A stretch of DNA of 53,334 bases from Thermoleophilia bacterium (GTDB lineage: Bacteria; Actinomycetota; Thermoleophilia; UBA2241), in the NCBI GenBank assembly GCA_036277455.1, contig DASUMX010000253.1:1-53334 (forward strand). Direction: 5' to 3'. Numbering within the stretch: the first letter of the stretch is position 1; each line of letters opens with the position of its first letter. The notes under the pieces are model-generated. The model was given only the letters and a program-made list of their open reading frames with translations. It did not search any database and had not been told where the DNA came from. The position numbers and the translations under genes are program-made. This document shows positions 47,037 to 53,334 of the stretch, piece by piece.

Positions 47037-47790
47037 GGGAGACGACCTCCTTGGCGAGATCGAAGTAGGCGTCGCTGCCGGCGCAGGTGGCATCATAGCG
47101 CGAGATCGGCAGGCCGTGGCTGGGCGCCTCGCTCAGCCTGACGTTGCGCGGGATGATGGTCTGGAAGACGTGCTCGCCCAGGTGCTCGCGGACCTCTCCG
47201 GCGACCTCACGCCCGAGTCGCGTGCGCCCGTCGTACATCGTCACCAGCACGCCCAGGATGGTGAGGCCGGGGTTCAGGTGTTCCTGCACCAGCCCGATCG
47301 TCTCGAGCAGCGCCGCCAGCCCCTCCAGCGCGTAGTACTCGGCCTGCACGGGGACCAGGACCTCTTGCGCCGCGACCAGCGAGTTGACCGTCAGCACCCC
47401 CAGCGAGGGCGGGCAGTCGATGAAGACGAAATCATACGTCTCGACGTGACCCGCCAGCGCATACTCGAGAACGAACTCGTTCCCGTCGGCATTGGCGAGT
47501 TCGACCACGGCCCCCGCCAGGTCCGGGCACGCCGGAACGATCGAGAGGTGCCGGAGCACGGTCGTCACCGTGGCCTCGGCGATGCCGGCGGCGCCACCGA
47601 GCACACCGTAGCTGGTGAGCCGGGGGTCCCCGGGGCGCACGCCGAGGCCGGATGACGCGTTGGCCTGCGGGTCCATGTCGAGCAGGAGCACGTCGAACTC
47701 AGCCTCAGCCAGGCAGGCGGCGAGGTTGACGGCGGTGGTGGTCTTGCCGACGCCGCCCTTCTGGTTGGTCACGGCGATGACGCGGGTCAC
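47029..47790 (-). CDS. parA: Chromosome partitioning ATPase ParA/Soj
   Basis: The GTG at 47790 (inside ORF 47029..48054) is preceded by AAAGGAG and gives VTRVIAVTNQKGGVGKTTTAVNLAA, a deviant Walker A. Confidence 0.9.
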   Translation of the reverse strand: MTRVIAVTNQKGGVGKTTTAVNLAACLAEAEFDVLLLDMDPQANASSGLGVRPGDPRLTSYGVLGGAAGIAEATVTTVLRHLSIVPACPDLAGAVVELANADGNEFVLEYALAGHVETYDFVFIDCPPSLGVLTVNSLVAAQEVLVPVQAEYYALEGLAALLETIGLVQEHLNPGLTILGVLVTMYDGRTRLGREVAGEVREHLGEHVFQTIIPRNVRLSEAPSHGLPISRYDATCAGSDAYFDLAKEVVSRE

Positions 47791-47906
47791 CGGGCTCCTT
47801 TCGCGGGGCACCGATACTAGCAGAGATGACCCGTGGTCCTGGCGGGCGCGGAGGCGGCTCTGGTGAAAGGGCGCGACCCGATGGGAGCGTCGCGAGCGCG
47901 ACGCGG

Positions 47907-48644
47907 TCAGACGCCCAGCGGTCGTTTGCCGGCCACGCCCTCGCGTCGGGGGAGCCAGTCGGCGGTCGGCTCTCTCTTCCGGAAGACGACGCAGACGGCC
48001 TCGTCCAGTGGCGACGCGGACAGCACCACGGGCGGCTCGGGCGCGAGGCCGCACCGGCCTGCGGCCACGGCCGCGGCCTCACCCTCCTCCTCGAGCGCGC
48101 GCCGTGTCTTGCTGGCCAGCAGCACGCCGCCCTCCGCGAGGAGAGGGGCGGCGAGCTCGACGAGCACCGGCAGCTCCGAGACGGCGCGCGCGAGGACCAC
48201 GGTGTAGGCATCTCGTCCGGGCGCGCCCGCGGACGCGTGGTGCTCGCTGCGGGCGCACACCACGTGCGCGCGGCCGGTGAGCCCGGCTGCGGTGACGGCG
48301 GCCTCGAGGAACGCGCACTTCTTGGCGACCGCATCGAGCAGCGTGACGGTCGCGTCCGGCACCGCCACCGCCAGCGGGATGCCGGGGATGCCGGCGCCGG
48401 CGCCGAGATCGAGCCAGGCGCCGGCCTCGCGTTGCCGCAGCTGCGGCACCGAGAGCAGGGCCAGAGAGTCGCCGATCAGCGTGTCGACCACGGCGACAGG
48501 GTCGGTGAGTCCGGTCACGTTCGCACGCCGCCAGCCGAGCAGCAGCTCCACGAAGGCGGAGAGTGCATCGGTCTGCTCGACCTCCAGGCTGTGCGTGGCT
48601 GCCACGCGCTCCAGCGCGGCCCGCGTCCTGAAGTCTGTGCTCAT
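47907..48644 (-). CDS. rsmG: 16S rRNA (guanine527-N7)-methyltransferase RsmG (GidB)
   Basis: Internal ATG at 48644 of ORF 47907..49607 gives MSTDFRTRAALERV... SAM motif WLDLGAGAGIPGIPLAV. Positioned directly upstream of parA. Confidence 0.85.
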   Translation of the reverse strand: MSTDFRTRAALERVAATHSLEVEQTDALSAFVELLLGWRRANVTGLTDPVAVVDTLIGDSLALLSVPQLRQREAGAWLDLGAGAGIPGIPLAVAVPDATVTLLDAVAKKCAFLEAAVTAAGLTGRAHVVCARSEHHASAGAPGRDAYTVVLARAVSELPVLVELAAPLLAEGGVLLASKTRRALEEEGEAAAVAAGRCGLAPEPPVVLSASPLDEAVCVVFRKREPTADWLPRREGVAGKRPLGV

Positions 48645-48661
48645 GGTTCCCGTCACCGCCC

Positions 48662-49696
48662 TCAGCCGGACACGGCCTCCCGCAACGCGCCGGCAAGAGC
48701 GTCGACGTCCCCCGCGCTGGTCTGCCAGGAGCACATCCAGCGCACGACCCCCGCATCCTCGTCCCACACGTAGAAGTGGTACCGCTCGTGCAGCCGCTCG
48801 ATGACGGCCGCCGGCAGCGCCGCGAAGACCGCGTTGGCCTGCACCGGATACGCGAGCGTGACACCCGGTGTGGTGGCGACCGCATCGCCGAGCCGCCGGG
48901 CCATGGCGTTGGCGTGCCCCGCGGTCTCCCTCCAGAGGTCGCCTTCGAACAGGCGGAGCAGCTGCGCCGAGATGTAGCGCATCTTCGAGGCCAGCTGCGT
49001 CCCCTGCTTGCGCGCATACAGGTAGCCGGCAGCGAGCTCCGGCCGGAAGAAGACGGCGGCCTCGGCGCCGAGCAGGCCGCTCTTGGTCCCCCCCAGCGTC
49101 AACACGTCGACGCCACAGTCCGTGGTCAGCTCCCGCAGCCCAAGTCCCAGCGCCTGCGCCGCGTTGACGAGCCGGGCCCCGTCCATGTGGAGGAGCAGCC
49201 CGGCCTCGTGTGCCGTCTCCGCCAGCGCGGCGATCTCCTGCGGAGCGTAGACCGTGCCCAGCTCGGTCGACTGGGAGATCGAGACGACCCGCGCCTGCAC
49301 GTGATGCTGGTCGCCGAAGCCGACGAGCCGGGGGCGCAGCAGCTCCGGCGTCAGCTTGCCGTCCGGCGTGGGCACGTCGACGAGCTTGGCGCCGGCGATG
49401 CGCTCCGGAGCGCCGCACTCGTCCACGTTGATGTGCGCCGTCTCCGGGCAGATCACCGCCTCGTAGGGGCGAAGCAGTGCGGCGAGGACGGTCACGTTGC
49501 CGCCCGTGCCGTTGAAGACGGGGAAGGCCTCGACGTCGCCGAGCACCTCGCGAAGGCGCTCGCGCAGGCGCCCGGTCCAGGGGTCGTCCCCATAGGCGGG
49601 CGCCCATCCCTCGTTGGCGGACGCCACGGCCTCGAGAACGGCGGGATGCGCTCCCGCGTAGTTGTCGCTGGCGAAGAGCGTGAGCGGGGCACTCAC
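48662..49696 (-). CDS. ltaE: Low-specificity L-threonine aldolase (PLP-dependent)
   Basis: The GTG at 49696 (inside ORF 48662..49993) overlaps the upstream stop (GTGA). FASDNYAGAHPAVLEAV, FNGTGGNV, and the PLP-lysine region LTLGGTKSG. Confidence 0.8.
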   Translation of the reverse strand: MSAPLTLFASDNYAGAHPAVLEAVASANEGWAPAYGDDPWTGRLRERLREVLGDVEAFPVFNGTGGNVTVLAALLRPYEAVICPETAHINVDECGAPERIAGAKLVDVPTPDGKLTPELLRPRLVGFGDQHHVQARVVSISQSTELGTVYAPQEIAALAETAHEAGLLLHMDGARLVNAAQALGLGLRELTTDCGVDVLTLGGTKSGLLGAEAAVFFRPELAAGYLYARKQGTQLASKMRYISAQLLRLFEGDLWRETAGHANAMARRLGDAVATTPGVTLAYPVQANAVFAALPAAVIERLHERYHFYVWDEDAGVVRWMCSWQTSAGDVDALAGALREAVSG

Positions 49697-51762
49697 GTCG
49701 CGACCTTCTTCTTCAGCGACTCGTAGAACATGTTGAGAGGGAACTCGTCGTCCAGCACCCTGTCGATCCAGGCGCGCGGCTCGGCCTCGTCGGAGTAGAC
49801 GCGCGCCTCCTTGCGCCACTGGGAGCCGACGTTGGGGGTCACGTACGGGGAGATGAGGTCGTGCGCGGCGATCCAGTACGTCACCTTGCTGGTCTCGATC
49901 CCGTGCCGATACAGCTGCTCGACCTGCCCGCGCAGCTCGGCGACGGCGGAGTCGATCCGCTCCCAGTCGATGAGCAGCCGGTTGTCGGTCCACCGCACGA
50001 CGCCGTGCGCGTGCAGAAAGCCGAAGAGCAGCTGGCCGCCCAGACCGTCGTAGTTGCGCACGCGGTTGCCGGTGATGGGGAAGCGCAGGAGACGGTCGAA
50101 GAGGATCGCGTACTTGACGTAGCGCGCGAAGGGGAAACTCGCCGCCAGCTCATCGGCCGTGCCGTAGGTGGCGAGGTCGACGCGCAGCTCCTCGAGCGAG
50201 TACATCCAGTACGGCAGCCGCTGGCGGATCATGAACGGGTCGAAGGGCAGGTCGCCGTGGCTGTGCCAGCGATCGTGGATCATGTCCCAGAGGATGTACG
50301 TCTCGAGCGCCAGGTCCGGCGACGACGCCAGCGCGCGGGCGTCCGGCGGCAGGTCGATGTCGAGGACCTCCGCGCCCCAGAGCGTGGTGCGCCGATAGCG
50401 CGCCGACTCGCGGTCACAGAAGATCGCGCCGAAGTGGTTGGTAGGCCGCTCGGCCACGCTCACCGTCTCGGGGAAGAGCACCGCGCACTCGCTGTCGTAG
50501 CCCGCGGTGTTGTCCACCAGCTGCACCGGGACGAACTTGGGGTTGTCGTAGAGCTCGCGTTCGATCTGCGAGACGAACTCCGGCCAGGGAGTCCGTGTGA
50601 TCAGCGCCTCGAAGCGCGTGTCGGGCGAGCCGTTGGGCGTGTACATCGGAAAGACGACGAGGTGCTCCACGCCGTCGCGCCGCTCGAGGTCGGGGCGGAA
50701 GAGGGCGAGCGAGTCCTTGAAGTCCGGCTTGCCGCAGCCGCTCTCCACCCAGGCGTCCAGGTCCGCGACGACCTGGGCCAGGTACTCCTTCTGGTGCGGG
50801 AACCGGGGCGCGAGGTCCGCGATGGCCTCGGCCATCGCCACCACGAGCGCCCGCACCTCTCCGGCATCGTGCCGGCTGAGGTCGACCTCGCCCTTGGGCT
50901 CCTGCAGAAGACGCAGCGCGCCGGTCGCCTCCTTGAGGTGCAGCCACGCCGGATCCTGCGCCGCCTCCGAGACGATGGGCGTCGCGTCGGCGCGGAATGC
51001 GGCCAGGGACACCCAATACAGGAGGTTCATCCAGAGCCGGCGGTTGTCGCGCCGCGACAGGTAGTCGTCGCCGAAGAGGTCCGAGTCGGCGACGACCACG
51101 ACGCGGCCCTCCTTGTACTGCGTCGCCGCGGCGAGCGCAGCGCCGGGCGGGTCCGCCGTCGCGCGCGTGCGCAGTACGACGGCGCCGGGGTCGTCTGTGG
51201 ACAGAGCCCCGGCGCGGTAGAACCCGACCTCTCCGACGCCGTGCAGGATGCCGGGGTCGGCGGGTTTCGGCGCCGACTCACCCACCACCCACGAGGGGAC
51301 CCCGTCCCCCGGGTCGTACTCGAACACGATCGTGTTCTCGAACCGGACCCCGAAGGGGGCGAGGAGGTCGTTGAGGTTCCCGCCGTACTTGTCCTCCTCC
51401 TCTTCTCCCAGCACGACGAGGCCGCCGCCGCGGGCGACGAAGTCCTGCACGGCGGCGATCTCCGCCGGCGAGAACACAGGGGAGTCTGCGCCCACCGTGC
51501 GCTCCCATTTGGGATCGCTCGGATGGGCGATGACGAGGACGTCCACGTCCGCCAGCGCCACTTCATCCAGAGGCCGGCCGGCCGTGGTGACGGCGTCGAA
51601 GTCTCGGGCCGTGAGCTCCGCGGCGGCTGTCGCGTAGGAGGCGGCCGCCGGATGGGACGGCCGCATCCTGGCCGCCGCCTCCGGCCGGATCGACCAAGCC
51701 TCTCCGTGATGTTCGTCGAACAGCACCTTGGCCACGGTGCGCTGGCGCAGGGCATCGAGCAT
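49693..51762 (-). CDS. Uncharacterised 689-aa two-domain protein: N-terminal GATase1-like/DUF4350-like domain plus a large C-terminal domain with a His-rich motif
   Basis: Internal ATG at 51762 of ORF 49693..52164, preceded by GGCAGGAGG. The N-domain pattern is DVLVIAHPSDP...FSPAEIAAVQDFVARGGGLVVLGE...VVVVADSDLFGDD. The C-domain contains WDMIHDRWHSHGDLPFDPFM. I recognise no characterised family for the C-domain. Confidence 0.6.
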   Translation of the reverse strand: MLDALRQRTVAKVLFDEHHGEAWSIRPEAAARMRPSHPAAASYATAAAELTARDFDAVTTAGRPLDEVALADVDVLVIAHPSDPKWERTVGADSPVFSPAEIAAVQDFVARGGGLVVLGEEEEDKYGGNLNDLLAPFGVRFENTIVFEYDPGDGVPSWVVGESAPKPADPGILHGVGEVGFYRAGALSTDDPGAVVLRTRATADPPGAALAAATQYKEGRVVVVADSDLFGDDYLSRRDNRRLWMNLLYWVSLAAFRADATPIVSEAAQDPAWLHLKEATGALRLLQEPKGEVDLSRHDAGEVRALVVAMAEAIADLAPRFPHQKEYLAQVVADLDAWVESGCGKPDFKDSLALFRPDLERRDGVEHLVVFPMYTPNGSPDTRFEALITRTPWPEFVSQIERELYDNPKFVPVQLVDNTAGYDSECAVLFPETVSVAERPTNHFGAIFCDRESARYRRTTLWGAEVLDIDLPPDARALASSPDLALETYILWDMIHDRWHSHGDLPFDPFMIRQRLPYWMYSLEELRVDLATYGTADELAASFPFARYVKYAILFDRLLRFPITGNRVRNYDGLGGQLLFGFLHAHGVVRWTDNRLLIDWERIDSAVAELRGQVEQLYRHGIETSKVTYWIAAHDLISPYVTPNVGSQWRKEARVYSDEAEPRAWIDRVLDDEFPLNMFYESLKKKVAT

Positions 51763-51904
51763 TGGGGGCCTCCTGCCCTTCGAGGTCGTGACGCGACTTG
51801 GGCGCGCGACGTGTCGCGTCCTGGTGAAGGAGTTCTTCCTGCCCCGGCGGCGGCCCCAAACCTGCCGACGCCGACGGCGGCGCGGCCGGCGCCGGGACGG
51901 CCTG

Positions 51905-52327
51905 CTAGAGGTCGCGGCGCTTGGTGAGGACGAGGACCGTGCCGCCCTCGTCCGGCTTGCGCAGGTCGAAGTCGTCGACCACCGCGCGGATGATGGAGAT
52001 GCCCATACCGCCTTCGGCCAGCTGATCGGTGAGCGTGCGGCACTCCGGACAGTCGTCGTCGTCCTCGTGGAAGCCCCCGCCCTGGTCCTTGATGAGCACC
52101 GTGACGCAGTCGCTGTGCACGGTGAACTCGAGGTGGACCTGACCCTGGTCGTGGTCGTACGCATGCCGGACGGAGTTGGAGCAAGCCTCCGTGAGCGCCA
52201 GCTTGAGGTCGGCGACCGCGTCGTCCGAGTATCCGCCGCGTGAGCGGAGAAGGCCGGACAAAGCGAGCCGACCGAGCGACACGAACTCGGCCTTCGCGGG
52301 GATATCGAGCTTCACGTAGTCTTCCAC
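51905..52327 (-). CDS. Anti-sigma regulatory factor-type Ser/Thr kinase (RsbW/SpoIIAB-like HATPase domain)
   Basis: 140 aa. N-box-like LALTEACSNSVRHAY and G-box region EGGMGISIIRAVVDDF. GTG start. Confidence 0.65.
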   Translation of the reverse strand: MEDYVKLDIPAKAEFVSLGRLALSGLLRSRGGYSDDAVADLKLALTEACSNSVRHAYDHDQGQVHLEFTVHSDCVTVLIKDQGGGFHEDDDDCPECRTLTDQLAEGGMGISIIRAVVDDFDLRKPDEGGTVLVLTKRRDL

Positions 52328-52395
52328 GACCGCTGAATCCTATCGAGTTGTGGGCGTTCGGGCCAAGAGCTCAGCCATTACGTCTACCGTGACGG

Positions 52396-53334
52396 TCATT
52401 TCTTGAGGGAGGTCCGGACGTTCACGTTCTGTCCGCACATCGCACAGAATGTTCCCCGGAGCGCGACATCCTCAACCGCCGACCCGGTACGGCGGACCAG
52501 GAGCCGTTTACAGTTCGGGCAGACCGTGTTCTCCCCTTCATGACCGGGCACGTTGCCGAGGTACACGAACTCCAGGCCGGCGTCGTGACCGGTCTTGACC
52601 GCCGCCTCGAGCGTGGCGATCGGCGTCGGCGGGAGATGCGCGAACTCGAGGTGGGGCATGAAGCGCGTCACGTGCCAGGGCGTCTCCGCGCCGAGCCGCT
52701 CCACGATCCACCCGGCGATGCCGCGCAGCGTCGCGGCGTCGTCGTTGAAGGTGGGGATGACGTTGGTGACGATCTCGACGTGGCAGCCGTGCTCCGTCTT
52801 GGCACGCTCGGCCGACTCCAGCACCGGCGTGAGATCGGGGATCTTGCACAGATCCTTGTACTGCTGATCCGTGAAGCCCTTCACGTCGACGCGGTAGGCG
52901 TCGATGTGCGGCCCGAGGATCGAGAGGGCGTCATCGGTGATGTAGCCGTTGGTGACCATCACCGTGTACAGCCCATGCTCGTGCGCCGCCTGGGCGCCGT
53001 CCAGGATGTACTCAAGCCAGATCGTGGGCTCGTTGTACGTCCAGGCCACACCTTGGCACTCGTTGTTCGCGGCCAGCACGGAGAGGTTGCGGATGGGCAG
53101 GTCGCGCAGGTCGCGCGTGGCCTCCGCCGGGTCCGCGTGCGCGATCTGCCAATTCTGGCAGTGGCGGCAGGCGAAGTTGCAGCCCAGGCTGCCGAGCGAG
53201 AGCACCGTGGTGCCGGGGAAGAAGTGGTAGAGCGGCTTCTTCTCGATGGGGTCGGCGGCGACGCTGCACACCTTGGCGTAGGTGATGGCGTAGAGGACGC
53301 CGTCGCGGTTGACCCGCGCCCGGCACACGCCGCT
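52396..53334 (-). CDS. AmmeMemoRadiSam-system radical SAM enzyme, 5' end cut by the window edge
   Basis: DPIEKKPLYHFFPGTTVLSLGSLGCNFACRHCQNWQIA contains the CxxxCxxC cluster in its typical context, with a C-terminal Cys pair CPNC...CAMCG. The frame stays open to base 53334, and the family's N-terminal Cys-rich segment is missing. Confidence 0.8.
   Translation of the reverse strand, partial: SGVCRARVNRDGVLYAITYAKVCSVAADPIEKKPLYHFFPGTTVLSLGSLGCNFACRHCQNWQIAHADPAEATRDLRDLPIRNLSVLAANNECQGVAWTYNEPTIWLEYILDGAQAAHEHGLYTVMVTNGYITDDALSILGPHIDAYRVDVKGFTDQQYKDLCKIPDLTPVLESAERAKTEHGCHVEIVTNVIPTFNDDAATLRGIAGWIVERLGAETPWHVTRFMPHLEFAHLPPTPIATLEAAVKTGHDAGLEFVYLGNVPGHEGENTVCPNCKRLLVRRTGSAVEDVALRGTFCAMCGQNVNVRTSLKK

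Overview
High-GC (by eye about 70 percent) actinobacterial-type chromosomal window. It is densely coding, with about 48 protein genes. I could not find any rRNA, tRNA, CRISPR array, transposase or integrase. Layout: (i) 1-24.2 kb is a catabolic supercluster, almost entirely on the minus strand. It holds an AthL-like molybdenum transhydroxylase, a Liv-type ABC importer, a MoaF-like protein plus class-III aminotransferase pair, a SucCD-like ligase, two cyclase-family hydrolases, thiolase, an SDR, a BKACE enzyme, a 3-hydroxyacyl-CoA-dehydrogenase-family enzyme, an IclR regulator, a tungsten-type aldehyde:ferredoxin oxidoreductase, a tyrosine phenol-lyase-like enzyme and a non-pyrrolysine MttB-family methyltransferase. 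Together these look like an anaerobic pyrogallol/phloroglucinol ring-fission pathway with extra modules, and four promoter gaps share an AT-rich palindrome (TGATAT-N4-ATATCA). (ii) 24.3-32.7 kb holds an XRE-cupin regulator and an efflux island: two half-size ABC exporters, an MFS transporter and an MMPL transporter. (iii) 32.7-36.4 kb holds a Nudix hydrolase, a degenerate GGDEF protein, an MBL-fold hydrolase, a small membrane protein and MscS. (iv) 36.4-42.5 kb is a translationally coupled envelope-glycosylation cluster (GT2, GT1, flippase-like, DUF2079, PIG-V-like GT-C). (v) 42.6-46.0 kb is a three-gene module: a membrane-anchored alpha/alpha-toroid (prenyltransferase-repeat) surface protein, a MotA/TolQ/ExbB-type proton channel, and a DUF2149-like single-pass partner. 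I rate this as the most system-like uncharacterised element. (vi) 46.0-53.3 kb holds parB-parA-rsmG, preceded atypically by threonine aldolase, a 689-aa two-domain unknown, an orphan anti-sigma-type kinase and an edge-truncated AmmeMemoRadiSam radical-SAM gene. Notes on the ORF track: it shows GTG/TTG starts as M. Many long entries are antisense or alternate-frame artefacts of the high GC. Several real genes start inside a listed ORF, and I re-assigned those starts from homologous N-termini, RBS-like purine runs and ATGA/GTGA stop-start overlaps. All functional calls come from recognising motifs by eye; no database search was run.
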